NCBI RefSeq assembly: GCF_004010195.1
Contig: NC_057715.1
Span: 76,594,217 to 76,658,216 of the forward strand
Direction of reading: 5' to 3'
Source: Chiloscyllium plagiosum
Taxonomy: Eukaryota
DNA length: 64,000 bases
The stretch's first letter is position 1. Every line of letters starts with the position of its first letter. The notes below the pieces were generated by a model. It ran no database searches and was not told the DNA's origin. It worked only from the letters and a program-made list of their open reading frames with translations. The translations under genes were made by a program, and so were the position numbers. Positions 24,139-37,640 of this stretch are shown piece by piece.

Positions 24139-27100
24139 GGGCTTCAAATTATAATTTTCTCCTTCATTACCCTTTGGAAGACCAATAGTTCTATCAGTCA
24201 GCCGTGTAATTGATTTACCCATGTCTCTCGTATCATCTTTGGTTTACCTCTGCTTTTGAAATTACAAACTTTCGAACCTCCAGTGGTTTGAATCTCTTCA
24301 CAAGTCAAAACATAATCTTCATGATTGCACTGGTACATTCCAAGGAAACACGATCATCTTGTACTAGTGCTAAAGTTTTACTCCCTACTTCCTTTCCTTA
24401 TGCCTCCGTCTCTGAAAATTCTTTAAATATCCTTTTGACTAAAATTGGTCTCCCAGTCAATTCCCAGCTATTAATGATATGTCCAATTTTACAGTGGAAT
24501 TGTATTAACTTGTTTGTATCACTTCCCTTTTAATTCTTTTGTATTCTCTGTTCTCTAGAACTAGTATCTGTTAAATCTACAGATTTTCTCTGTGGAATTT
24601 CATAAGGCCATTTCCTCACCTGAAATTATCTGAGGTATCGTGTGTCAGAACTGTTGCTTTATGATCCTAAATACCTGACCTTTGTCTAAATTGTTTTAAA
24701 ATTTGCAGAAATACTGTTTCTGGAGTCTTCCGTGATCATAATTTCCCTTTCATTTTCAAAATAATTCTCTACCTTGATTGAATTCTACCACTAATCGATT
24801 ATTTTTGATCCCTTGTAAATTTAACAGATGTTGAATTTGGTTTCTTGTTGTCCAATATTTTAGTTGATGAGCTTCAGATCCGCTCAAAAGCATTGTATAT
24901 TTGCCTCTTTGGCACTTACATATCCTGGTTTGTTAGAAACCAATCTGCAGTGTACATTGTCATGGCCTTGCCTACCAAAACACTCTGACATTAAGGTTCA
25001 AACCTTGCTTCATCTGTCCAGATATCTTCTCGTGTGAAATAAAGTAAGTTTTGAGATTATAACCTCAATAAATTTGGGCACTCGGCAAAGATCGTTGTTT
25101 AAATCAAATCCCTAATTGTAATTAGAAGCATTCTTCAAGCTACTCCCTCTTTCTTTCTTTCTTTCTTTTTTATTCTAAGTTTTTCTTTGGGCTACTTGGT
25201 GTTCTCTCATTCAATCTCATTTTGCATTTCTTCCGCTTTCTCCCTTTACATTTTTTCTCTTTTTTTTATTTTCTCTCTTCTACTTGAAGTCTCTTCACTT
25301 CACATTTTAAATCCAGTTGTTTTTCTCATTTCTAAGTTTAGTTACTTCTAGTTGTGATACCCCAATTTCAAGACTTCCTCCTCCTAACTCAAAATAGCAA
25401 ATAATTGCTTGACTCATCTCTTCCTTATGAGATCCTACCTTTACTTGACCTTTATTCTTATTAACTCTCTTCGTTCACTTTTTAATCAAAAGATTTCAAA
25501 CAACCAGCAGCTGTATCATACATTGCCAAGAAACTCTTAGTAACATTCAGTAGTCATCTTCAATTTTCTGAATAAATTCACCAGAATGCAATCATTTTTA
25601 TGTCTACAGCTATCACAAACCTAAAGGTCCTTCCAATCCAGTGAATTCAAAAATCCTACCAAGAGCCCTCAATTGCTCTCATGCCAACAGATGTTCTTAC
25701 TGGGCATGTCAAACCTCGGACTGAAATCTGGCTTATCAATTATGTTCTGTTTTTTATTGTTTTATCAAGGTGGTCTCTCTCTGAAACATAAGCATGTGAT
25801 ACTGCAGATTTGGTTTAACATTAAAACAGATGTTCGTTAAGGAAAATAAATGATAAAATAGAAGAAACTAAAATATTTGTATGCAAGACACTTCAAAGAT
25901 TCCAAAACAAACAGAAGAAATGCAATCCATTAATCCAAACAGCACTCCATTACAGTACTTGTAGACTCGAGAGAAATCCTTTGCTTACCACAGGGTTTAA
26001 TTTAACTTTGACTTCAACTCTCAGTTGTGAGAATCTGAGCCTCTTCCTTGATTCATCTCACAAATGAGCTTAAACATTTTCAGCTTGAAATAACCCCATC
26101 TGGGTTTTAACCAAATGCTTCTAGTTTGGAACTTGTATGAATCTCCATGCAGTATGGTATCTTAATTTAGAATTTTTAAAACTATCTTTTGCATTTCTCA
26201 GGAGCAACTGCTTTACACATCTAGCTTCAGTTAAGAACCCTGCAGAATTGCTCAAACTAAAACTGTTAGTTTCCATACCATACGTGTTTTCCCCCAAGGC
26301 CAAAAATCAATTCCATCTGGAAGCATTGTACACAATGCTGTTTATATTGGGAGTATTAATGACCAAACAAAGTAAATAAAAACCCATTATTCTCCAGTGA
26401 GCCTTTCTCTGTCACTGTTTCTAAAATAAACCACCACAATAGTACAAATATTTAATCATTAAAACCCCTTAGGCAAGTGAAAAATCCAAACTCAAGTTAA
26501 ATATACATAAATCACCCAACATATTATGCTGCACCTTCCATTAGCCTGTTTTTATCCTTTTTTGAAGTCAATCATTATGCCCTATACTGTCGGTACTTCC
26601 AAGCTTTTAATCAACTGTAGATTTTGAAATTGTGCCCTGTAAATCTCGACCTCTGGCATCTATATACATTAAGAAAAGTACCACGGTTTTGCATTTCTTG
26701 TTTCTCAGCCAACTTCAAATCCATGCTGACACACTATTATTTAATTGTCCTTGTATGTTGAAATGTATATCAAACACAATCTAGAAATTCAGTTCCCCTC
26801 ATCAGCCTTTTCCATTACACTAGTAAGTTAGTTATACACCTGCCTCTCTCAAATCCCAGGTTGACTTTTGTAATTTAATCCACTCATCCTCAATGTGTAT
26901 GTGGGCAATCGCTCTTTCTCTCCAGGGCCCGGAATAAAGGTGAAGAAGATAGTCATACTGTGTCTCTGTCTCTGAGCGTAGGCTTCAACTGATATGAAAA
27001 CAGGACAACACAGAAGGATATTTAAAATAAATTTCAAGATTGGGCAAAAGAAACTGCAGAATTATCACCATAATGAACTGTATGAAGACCTGGACTTTCA

Positions 27101-27731
27101 TGAACTTGTTTGATTCATGAATAAATGCAGATTATGCTAGCAATGCTTTCCATTCCATTCTTAAATGCAGACTCACTTGCTAGTTTTTGAAAGACATTGT
27201 GAACAACCTCTGGCTATCACTTCTGATTGGTTTCCAAAAAGAAGGACTTTACATGTGGGTTAAATGATTTTAACCTATGCTTTGTTTTAGATCAGTGTTA
27301 GTGAAAAACAGCTGTATTTAATAAAAGTTGGGATTTGCAGGAAAAGCAGCTGAGACATAGTGGTTATCTCAGCTTGTCGCAAGGCCAACTTCTTTGTGTC
27401 TGGTTTAGTAGTGTCATTTTTTTCTATTCCTCTTTGGAGACTTGAGCAAACTTTTGCAAGTGTGCAATATCATCAACATATTCTTCTTGCCCTACCTCTT
27501 TCCTAAAATAAGCTTGTTTTATGTGATGCACTATGGTCACATGGAACATTAGAAAAATATAAACAGTCAGCTTAATCATTAGCTGGTATTATATTTGCTG
27601 TTTCTTATTAAAAATCTTTAATCAATTCAGTTAAATTGCATTTAACAAGTCAAAAAGAGGGCCAATGTATTGGTTAACTGGCAGACAATTAAATCCATGC
27701 AGCTGGGGAAGGATGGTTCCTGTTAAATGGT

Positions 27732-27930
27732 AGGAGAAAGTGACGACTGGAGATCAGAGTCAGAGTGTGGTGCTGGAAAAGCACAGGTCAGGCAGCATCA
27801 GAGGAGCAGGAGAATTAATGTTTCCAGCATAAGCACTTCATCAGGAATGAGGCTTGTGAGCCAAGGGGTAGAGATATAATTGGAGGGGGTTGGGGCTGGG
27901 GGAAAAGGTGGATGTGAGTGCGATAGGTAA
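27732..27930 (-). mobile_element. Penelope-pLTR-derived fragment with adjoining purine-rich sequence
   Basis: ggagaaagtga..gctggaaaagcacaggtcaggcagcatc..cttcatcaggaat, same family as 44823; a shorter piece lies at ~28272-28342. Confidence 0.75.
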
Positions 27931-29653
27931 TTAGGAACCGTGCTTACCAAGGAGGGGTTAGAAAGAATGTAAAGACAACTTGTGGGGAAATTGGTGTTGT
28001 ACAGTGAAGAGCTTACATCCAACAAGAATTCTGCTTCATGTTAGGAAGGACAAAAATACAAACTGCAGTAGTGAATTAGACTAAACTCAATTCTGATCAA
28101 TGATTAGTTAGTCATGATTAAAGAGAATATAAACTCAAACCAGATTTCATTAGTAATGAAGAAAACAAGAACTTAATCTCTGAAATATGGCAAAAATATT
28201 TTTAATTACTTGCAAACTTAAACTGTACCCCCTTTAAATCTAAACATTCATTTACACTTGGGATAGATATGAAGAAAATGAGGACTGCAGATGCTGGAGA
28301 GTCCGAGTCGAAAAGTGGCATTGGAAAAGCACAGCAGGTCAAGATGGACAAGCCAGATAAGACAAATAGATTGTATTTATCAGGAATACTGTGGGCGAAA
28401 ATATAGGCAAAAGGGCACAGCATCAGATTCCAATCAAAAATAAGAGACAAGGTGAATTTTTGATTTTTGGCCAAAGTATGAATTATTTTTAGATCATTTC
28501 AGTAGCCAGCCAATTGGACCTCATCTTGCCTTGAACTAGACCTTCTTTCTTTCTTTTTGCAAAATCTGTGTTATTTCTTTCCTGATTTTTAAAAAGAGGG
28601 AGAGTAATATTGTTTCCTAGCAGGCTTGACCAAAATTTGCAAGTTGGTGTCAGGAAGTTTCTCTATTTCCAAAGAGATGTGATGCTTCTAGCAAAATTTG
28701 TGCTCTTTTGAAACTGTTTAGTGACCATGCTATCACTTCTTCTATCAATAAAAAAAATTGGTAATCTAAACTTTCTTTTACTCACTTTAAAATTCCAGAT
28801 AAAATGTGTAGTCTTTGCATTGTTCTAAAAGCTTTCCCATCATTGAGGCGAATCCAACTGGTCTGTATTCCTGGATTTAGTAACATTGCAATTAAGCCCT
28901 CCGACACCATCCCTATATATAAAAGGAGATCGTGGCCAGTGCAGCTAATTTAACTTTCACTATTAAAATATCTACACTTAGATTATACAAATACTTTTCC
29001 GTTTGTTTGTTCAAATACAGTAATTGAACCACCCTCCTTGTCTCCCTTCCCCATCATCCATGTAATTCCTTTCGCTTTTGGCTCACTAGTAGTAGTCTTG
29101 TTTAATTGATGCAGACTGGTTTTCTGTTGGCCAGAAATGTACCTGCACTCCTCCCTATTGACATATTTCTATTTACTGCCTACATGTATCAGGAATGAGG
29201 CTTGTGAGCTAAAGGGGTAGAGATATAATTGGAGGGGGTTGGGGCTGGGGGAAAAGGTGGATGTGTATGTTTTCTGCTGTCAAAGTGCCATCATTGTCAC
29301 TTTCTGTGCCTGTGCTGTCTTGTTCACTTTAAATTTGTTTTCCACTGTCCTGTTCTAAGGAATTAAAAAAAGTTTCTATTTTGCACTGAGAATTCATTGT
29401 TTCAAATGGAAAAATGTATACTTTAATATTTCAGAACATAATCTTTTCCTGACCACTTGTACAATACAAGTACAAACTCATGGTTCATGAACAAAACTTC
29501 ACTTTTCCAGGCTACATTGCAAGTATAATAAGTTAACTTCAAATCAAGATGCAGCTTGACCTTAAATCTTTGAGATAGTGTGTAAATGTAATTCTTATTT
29601 GTAAAGAAGTAATTTTGATATTCTTTCTTTTCAATACAGCTTATACTTGAGAC

Positions 29654-30695
29654 ATGAATATTGGGAATAATGAATCTATAGGTATGAATTCAATGCCAGA
29701 AGACCAATACATTGAACAACAAAAATACTTGGGAATTGGAGGAGGAGTACACGGTGATATGTCAACCGCAATCTCAAACGCATCCACGGCCTTTGATGGG
29801 TCTCAACATGTGAACAACCATCTCAAATCTAACTCTGATAGCTCCCGTTGGAAACCTGTAGAAGGTAGTGTAACCTGTTCCCAGAATGAGGATGATGACG
29901 ATGACGTTGTGTTTGTCGAACCTTCCCTTTCTGCAAATTGTCATGCGAACACACGAGCAAACAAATCCAGTGCTTCAGTTGCAGTGTTCCAAAATCCAGA
30001 ATCCATAGGAAATGAAATGAATATATCATTGCCACCAACAGGAAAAGATCTCGTGTCACCAGTAGAGCCAATCATAATTGATGATGAGGAAGAAGGAAAC
30101 CCTGAGCCAGGAAAAGCTGCCACATCTGGAAGATGCGCTGAAAGAAATGGATTCAGCGAACCAACTGACTTGGGTGCCCACAAAGTTGATTTCCATAATA
30201 TTGGAGTGCCGTATGTGGATAATCAGGGTTTATTTTGTACTCCAAATTTGGAGAATAACAATTTAAATTGGGAATGTAGAACAAGTATAAAGGAAGTTGA
30301 CTTGAATAAATGCCACCCTTTACAAGCAACAATGCTTCCAGATACCAGACGAGGTAATATTTTGCCAACAAATGGAAACGAAGCATTAAGCCAGGGTATA
30401 AGTACCGAACCAGACTCTGAGATACAAATAACTTGTGTCACCACATTGGATGCCAGTTCTAAGCCCGTTACAAATGAACCACCAGTACAATGTTCTGGGG
30501 AAACTGATTTAGATTTAATGATTTGCAATGTTACCTCTCTTCACGATCAGAAATTTGAAGGTGTAGATGAGGGTGTACAGAAACAAGCTTTTCAATATAG
30601 CACAGGGACTTCTAACTCTGACAATATTATGGATGGTGCTGGAAATGGATTTCTAAATGGTGAATCTTTGCTTTTGACATCCCAACACAAACATG
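29654..30695 (+). CDS. ZMYM2: Zinc finger MYM-type protein 2, first coding exon (exon 29640-30695); acidic N-terminus with SUMO-interacting motifs
   Basis: EDDDDDVVFVEP, PIIIDDEE, TEPDSEIQITCVTTL, DLMICNVTSL and NGES match ZMYM2; acceptor tttcttttcaatacAG|C at 29639, in-frame TGA just before the ATG, phase-1 donor CATG|GTGAGT at 30696. Confidence 0.93.
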
Positions 30696-33339
30696 GTGAG
30701 TACTTTACAGATTATTTTCTCATCAACCTATTCAGGATGTTATTACACATTACTAGAGCAGGTGAGACTTTAAGCTGGTACTCTTGTCTCTGAGGTAAGG
30801 ATACTATCACTGCTCCACACGAGCACTGGTGAGTACTTTTTAAAATGTGTTCACAAGTGAAAAAATACTGATGCATAAATCTATAACGATAACTTTTATT
30901 ACTGATTGATGATTAAAAATGCTTAGATCATTGCTTAAATAAAATCCCAACTAATAGTTGATTAGTGTTAATGAACATGGGAAGCCAAAATCAAATGCAA
31001 TATTCTGGACATGCATGGTGAGAGTGGTGGTTAATTCCATTGGATAGTGATGTGTGGGTGTGGATAGGAAATTAGGGTATGAAAACAGTCATGAATTTGG
31101 ATGTTAACTACGAGGATGTGGTTAAAGAAGGGCAGGGATTCAGTGACATAAACAGGGAACATGAAGGCTTCTTAGTGGCAGGAATGATTGCTAAAATACT
31201 ACCTGGAGATTATACCTAGAATTTTGCTGTATAAGAGGTGACAGCATTTCTGGAATGTTGATTTTGTTCATAGCTGAATGAAGTGAGGAAATCAACTTCA
31301 CTGCTAATGGGATGCTGAGGAGGGGCAATCTCTGCAATGGGGCAGCCTTGAAGAATTTCTGCACTTAGGAAAATAATGAGCCAAGTGGGCTTTAGGAACC
31401 CATTAATTAATGAATGAGGCACAACATTCTAATTTGGGTGCAGTCTTAGTCACAATGTGTTGAATGGGATTGCATGAGGAGAGCTTGGCCTCCCCCAGTC
31501 GAAGCAATTGACTGTCTGTGGAGCCATTATGTTTGAGTGAATAAGAAAGCCAGGTAAGATTCCACTCTATACAAGGTTCATTAGTGGAAGAGGAGAATGT
31601 TGTGTGGAGTGGAAAGCCAGAGTGCTTGATGGCTCTGAGAAAGTGTTTAATTTAGGCCATACAGTTGTTGACTAAGGTCATTTTGGGTTGGTCAGAGCCT
31701 GCAGCTGTATGAAAACAAAATTGATTGTTGTGAATTAGCCACTCTTGCTGAGGGTTGCTGGCAAATGCCAGCTACTGGTGTGAGATGGGGTTGCGGTAAA
31801 CCATCTATTTGATAGTTCATAGTAATCGCTAATAACAGCAAAACAAGCTAGCTCTCTCTATTATAGTCTGCAATAAACTGAACTTATGACCAAATCTGTA
31901 GCAACTTCTTTCAATGGTATGGTGATTCTTCCAGTAAAATGTAGAGTGGAGAATAGTTATACAATAGAAACTAACTATTCCTCCTGGAAAAATTTAAATA
32001 AGTGTTTCAGATATAATAATTGACTGAAGTGCATCTGCTATATAATTGCGTTGCCATCTTATTTTTATGTACCAGTCATGGTAATGAAAGCTTTCAATAG
32101 CTATTATTTATGGGTAAAAAAGAATCCCATGTGCTAACCCACTTGGGAAGGTGTGCTGATTCTCAAGCCCCACTACTCTATGATTTAAACACTGACCAGT
32201 AAGATTTAATAAGAACTGTTCATTATAAACAACAATGAAGATCAACATTTGGCTCTTAATTAAAGCTCTTCCTTTTCAAAATGCTACACACACAGACAAG
32301 CACAGACTAAATAACAAATATTGTTTTATGGATGTGGGTGGGGAGGGACTGGAACTGGGATCCATAGTTAATAGTACCAGTCCGAGTTTGCTAAGATGGT
32401 CCTTTTTGGTTAGCCTGGAATTTTGGTTCGCCTGGAATTTTGGTTCTTGAATCTCTCTCTCCAGGTACCTTCACTTCAAGTTAGTACACTAACTGCAAAG
32501 TCTTACTGATTAAGGGTAACAGATTACAAAAACTGACTTTCTTCAGGCTTGAAGTATTTTGTCTGCAGAGGGGAGGGACACCATCTGCCCTTCCAGAGCT
32601 CGCTGTATTGTTCACACTTGAGCTGATCAGCCATTCTGGGACCAAATAGAGCTTCACCAAGCTGATTATCTTTGGCATCCACAACTGGCCACAATTGCAC
32701 AAACCGATCTGTTTGTACTGGCCAAATTTCTTTGTGCATGCACTCCCTTGTACTGACAGTCTCCTGATAGTTTCCCCATTACTTGAACAAAGCAGGAGTG
32801 CAGGCACCACTTTCCCAGTTTCGGTAACTTGTCTTTAAAGTGCTGCAAATTTTTTCATAATTCTTGGTTTTGAAATGGTCCTTTTTTTAAAAACCATTTT
32901 CAGCCCACAATCAAAAATACAGAAAATAAAAAGTCTTCACACCCAGATATGGGAATTCAAAGTGATTTTGAATATTGCAAGATGGACAATGAAATACTTT
33001 TTTCCTCACTCTAACCTAACTTATTTCATAGATGGTAACTAGATTTCAAAATTAAGTTCAGAAGTTAATAACTCTAAGCTTTAAAATAGCCACTTTTATT
33101 TCAGTTATGATTTTGAACATTGAAAGATTTTCAGTTACTTGAGGATTTTAAAATCTAAATGATTAATTTCTGTGGAAACTAAAATAGATCACTTCTGTGA
33201 ACAGATTTTGCAGACAAATGTTAATCGTTAGTTAGAATTACAAATATAGACTTCCATAAATATTAAAACTTTTGATGTAAATGAAATGTATGCAGTGGCA
33301 GTGTCACTGGATTAGACATTGAGTCCAGCTGATGTTCTT

Positions 33340-33630
33340 GGAGTCCAGAACTAGAGGGCATAGGTTTAGGGTGAGAGGGGAAGATATGAGAGACCCAAGG
33401 GGCAACATTTTCAGAGGGTGGTAAGTATATGGAATGAGCTGCCAGAGGAAGTGGTGGAGGCTGGTACAATTGCAACATTTAAGAGGCATTTGGATGGATA
33501 TATGAATAGGAAGAGTTTGGAGGGGTATGGGCTGGGTGCTGACAGGTGGGACCCAACAGATTTGGGTTGGGATATCTGGTTGGCGTGGATGGGTTGGACT
33601 GAAGGGTCTGTTTCTGTGCTGTACATCTGA
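33340..33630 (+). mobile_element. CR1 LINE 3' end
   Basis: WNELPEEVVEAGTIATFKRHLDGYM and the conserved 3' UTR. Confidence 0.9.
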
Positions 33631-33639
33631 CTATGCGTT

Positions 33640-33880
33640 TGAAGCCCACCCTAGCAGATGGTGGAATTTTGAATTCCATTTTTTTTTTAAAACTTGCCTG
33701 CTGGCAACCATTTATCTATTGTTAGTTCTAAAAGTCCAATTGATTTATTAACGTCCTTTATTCCTTTAAAAAAAAAGTCTGTCTTTCTGATCTAGCCTAC
33801 ATGTGACTCCAAGCCCACAGCAATGTGGTTGACCTAACTGGGCAAATAAACACTGGCCTAGTCAACTATATGCACATCCC
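33640..33880 (+). mobile_element. Old SINE remnant (SacSINE1/Deu-like)
   Basis: gcctacatgtgactccaagcccacagcaatgtggttgac block recalled from shark SINEs; family assignment from memory. Confidence 0.45.
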
Positions 33881-35559
33881 ACTAATAATCTAAGCTAATG
33901 GTAACTATCAATCTCCGAGATACCACCTTGTCAAGCGATTATGAATGTGCGTTAAATGCTCGTCTAGTCCATATGTGAATTGTTGTTTTTCAATATAAAA
34001 AGATCAAGATAAAGACTAAGGTGAAGCTGATTTTAGATGAAATACAGCCTGATTTTTAGATTATTTAGCAATACAAAAGAGGTAAACGTAGAAGCAAAAT
34101 GGAATTGACTAGAGTATAGTTTCTCAGCAATGTGTAATAGAGCTATCAAACCAAAACCAGTGGAAGAGGCCATACTTCCACTGGACATATGTAATTTTTA
34201 ATTCCTTGCAGATGTGAATTTTCTCTTTTCTTACCCACCTCTTTTGCTGTCTCATCTCATTTTATCCATGCATTTACATCATCTGACATTTAGAGGAACA
34301 GTGAATTGAAGTGTAACTGTTTTTAATAAGTATCTCCAACTCATAATTTTGAAAAACAAGTGAACTGCTGGCTGTTGATGGTAATACTGTTGTTTCTTAG
34401 GAAATTGGGCACAAATCATATGCTGAGACAACAGTTTTGGTACAAATTCAGCTCAGGAATAACTACATTGAGCAAGTTTATCCAGCCGAAACCTGGGCTA
34501 TAAGTGGTTGATAAAATAAGAACGATCATATTTACATTCAGTGCTAATCCACTAAAGCTTCTGCTCCAGCCTGGAATTGACTCCACTTCTAATTTGAGGC
34601 TGTGCACAATGTCAGCTCATCTACTATAAATGGATATAGTGTGTGCATGCATTCGGCATGGTTTTTTTGAAATGGAGCCATATTGGAGCTTTCTGGTGTG
34701 GAGCGAAATGCACTCAAATCATTATGACCACCTCAGTTGATTAGGCTTAAAAATTTAGTTTCCATAATCCTTCAAATAAAGGGACAGCAAAACTGTTAGC
34801 TGCAAGAGTACAGGGCTTTATTGGGGCATTCCACAGGCAAGTGTGATGCACCAAACTGATCACATGTTCCTGTTCTGAGTAGGTCAAAAAATTTTAGCTG
34901 TCATGATCCTATAATTAAATTAGATCAATTTCTTAGTATTGCAATAGCAGTTATTGTATTGCACTTGGAACAGTGCCCACTGAAGGAATGGTTTAGGGGA
35001 GCACCAATTGAACAATTTAAGTCATTGATGTATAGAATACTGGGAAAGCACCATATTATTGGCTTTTCCCAGCTGAGGACTTTCTTTTAAAATCCACATT
35101 TAAAGTAGAGTACGCTTGACATTGTCTTCCAGACGGCCAGAGAGAAAGATTAAGAAGCTGGAAGAATGTCTGTGATAACTTGTGACAACTTGTGACTGAA
35201 CAACATGGCTGCTTCTGTTCCAACAATCTGATCTTCCTGTTACAAGTGTGAATAATTTGGCTTTTTCTAAAAAAGGGTCTGTACTTTGCAGTGGCTATGT
35301 GAGCAGTTTTAGTGTAGTGCTGGATACTAGTCCCAGTAAACGATCCCACTAAGTGATCCCTGACATTGCTCATAGCTCTCAAATGTAAAGTGAACATCAC
35401 AATGGGTCAGCTATGTTACACACATTTTCACACTTTCAGAAAACAAGACTCCCACCCCATAGCCTATTTTACTTCAATGTTATTCAGAAGCAGTTTTTCT
35501 CCTCCCCTTATTTGTCAGATTTTTAAAATCAACTTGGTTCAGTCATGTTATGACATGAC

Positions 35560-35970
35560 AAGAGTGCTGGAGAAACTCAACAAGTCTGGCAGTATCTGGA
35601 GAGAATGAGTGAGTTAACATTCAGTCCAGAGCCCTCTGTCATAAAAGTCCCTTTGAAAAGGTGATACTTATACTGATGGGGTTAGAATACATGGCAATGG
35701 TGCTGAGACAGGCAGACAAAGTGGATAAGCCAAAAATGGTAAGTGTTGATAAGGTGCTCAGTTTAACAGTTTCAGAATATGAATACCTTCCTGCTTGTTA
35801 GTTATCCTCCCTCCACTCCACCTTTTTAGGTCCTGTTTTGTTTGAAAAATTGGCTTGGTTAGGAGCAACCCAATCACTTTTCCCCAATTCTGATGAAGGG
35901 CCACTGAACTCTTACATTCCACAGATGATGCCAACCTACTAACTTTCTCTAGCAATTTGTCTTTTTTTTA
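35560..35970. mobile_element. Old Penelope-like inverted-pLTR remnant
   Basis: gctggagaaactcaacaagtctggcagtatctg at left; ctgatgaaggg..ccacagatgatgccaacctact..tctagcaa at right, in inverted orientation. Confidence 0.5.
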
Positions 35971-36117
35971 AATATCATGACATATCTAGAGAGAGGGTGG
36001 GACTTTAATTTGGATCTTCAAGCCCAGTCAGAAAGACACCACTACTACCCACAAGAGACCCCTCCTTATCAATCAAACTACTCTGGACCCAACCAACTTC
36101 AGCTACATTATCAGTGT

Positions 36118-36435
36118 CATAGAAGAATACAGCGCAGTACAGGCCCTTTGGCCCTCAATGTTGTGCCGATCCAAGCCCACCTAACCTATACTAACCCACT
36201 ATCCTCCATATACCTATCCAATGCCCACTTAAATGCCCATAAAGAGGGAGAGTCCACCACTGCTACTGGCAGGGCATTCCATGAACTTACGACTCGCTGA
36301 GTGAAGAACCTACCCCTAACTTCAGTCCTATATCTACCCCCCCTTAATTTAAAGCTATGCCCCCTTGTAATACCCGACTCCATACGCGGGAAAAGGTTCA
36401 CACTGTCCACCCTATCTAACCCCCTAATCATCTTG
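36118..36435 (-). mobile_element. CR1 LINE 3' end (second subfamily)
   Basis: MIRGLDRVDSVNLFP..TRGHSFKLRGGR..FFTQRVVSSWNALP. Confidence 0.9.
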
Positions 36436-36887
36436 TCCTGCCTGCCATCATAAGGTCAGAAATAGGGTCTAGTTCTGTGCTGCATAACTCTATCCTCTTT
36501 GGTGCAGCCAATCCAGGCCATTCATAATCCCAAACTAAACTAGTTCCACCTGCCTGTGCTTGGCCCATGCCCCTCCAAACACTACTAATTCTTGTACTTA
36601 TCCAAAATGTCTTTTGAACACTATACAACATTCACCATTTCCTCTGAAGTTCATTCCACAGATGATTTTAAAAAATTGCAACTACTGTCTTAACTCTCTC
36701 CTCTTAAATATGCCCCCTCTTGAAATCCCTCACCCTAGGGGAAGGAAACACTTGCCATATATCCCTCCTTTTATAAAAACCTAACCAGGTCAAGTGTCAA
36801 CCTCCTACGCTGTAGTCAAGGGAGTAAATTCCCAGCCTATTCAGACAGACACTCTTCAGAACTCAAACCCTCAATTCCCAGTAACAT

Positions 36888-37640
36888 GCTGTGGTTCTGT
36901 TCGCTGAGCTGAAAGTTTTTGTTGCAAACGTTTCGTCCCCTGTCTAGGTGACATCCTCAGTGCTTGGGAGCCTCCTGTGAAGCGCTTCTGTGGTGTTTCC
37001 TCCAGCATTTATAGTGGCCTGTCCCTGCCGCTTCTGGTTGTCAGTTTCAGCTGTCCGCTGTAGTGGCCGGTATATTGGGTCCAGGTCTATGTGTTTGTTG
37101 ACAGAGTTTGTGGATGAGTGCCATGCTTCTAGGAATTCCCTGGCTGTTCTTTGTTTCACTTGCCCTATAATGGTAGTGTTGTCCCAGTCAAATTCATGTT
37201 GCTTGTCGTCTGCGTATGTGGCTACTAGGGAAAGCTGGTCGTGGCACAAAACGACACGACCAGCTATCCCTAGTAGCCTCACACGCAGACAACAAGCAAC
37301 ATGAATTTGACTGGGACAACACCACCATTATAGGGCAAGTGAAACAAAGAACAGCCAGGGAATTCCTAGAAGCATGGCACTCATCCACAAACTCCGTCAA
37401 CAAACACAGACCTGGACCCAATATACCGGCCACTACAGCGGACAGCTGAAACTGACAACCAGAAGCGGCAGGGACAGGCCACTATAAATGCTGGAGGAAA
37501 CACCACAGAAGCGCTTCACAGGAGGCTCCCAAGCACTGAGGATGTCACCTAGACAGGGGACGAAAAGTTTGCAACAAAAACTTCCAGCTCGGCGAACAGA
37601 ACCACAGCAACGAGCACCCAAGCTACAAATCTGCTCAAAC
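36888..37640. mobile_element. Penelope-like element 3' end duplicated as an inverted repeat
   Basis: ~355-bp arms around an 11-nt spacer (37244-37254); each arm encodes HEFDWDNTTIIGQ..AREFLEAWHS (GIY-YIG C-terminus); 3' tail 37610-37640; 12-bp TSD tcccagtaacat at 36876-36887 and 37641-37652. Confidence 0.9.
36924..36963 (-). ncRNA. Putative minimal type-I hammerhead ribozyme
   Basis: GCA-CUGAGGA-U-GUCACCU(AGAC)AGGGGAC-GAAAC-GUU-UGC: core, stem II and 3-bp stem I. The + strand twin at 37533-37572 has GAAAA in place of GAAAC. Confidence 0.65.

Larger units (their letters stand above)
15540..26520 (-). mobile_element. Decayed Gypsy (Gmr1-like) LTR retrotransposon interrupted by nested insertions
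   Basis: Diverged direct repeats ~15540-16010 and ~25797-26520; E/K/R-rich gag-like tract ~25100-25500; RT remnant (KGYWHVPLTDRAK ~22520-22580, PTFQQVT ~22450); RNase H remnant (IGVGIALLKDD ~16770, YSTIEEK ~16575). Confidence 0.7.

Noticed and set aside
30696-30793. Last ~32 aa of the 379-aa ORF as part of the main ZMYM2 protein
   Set aside because: Lies beyond the GTGAGT donor; homology resumes in phase at 63721
32481-32848. Overlapping minus-strand ORFs as a nested gene or viral fragment
   Set aside because: No motif recognised and no convincing splice context; unresolved without a homology search
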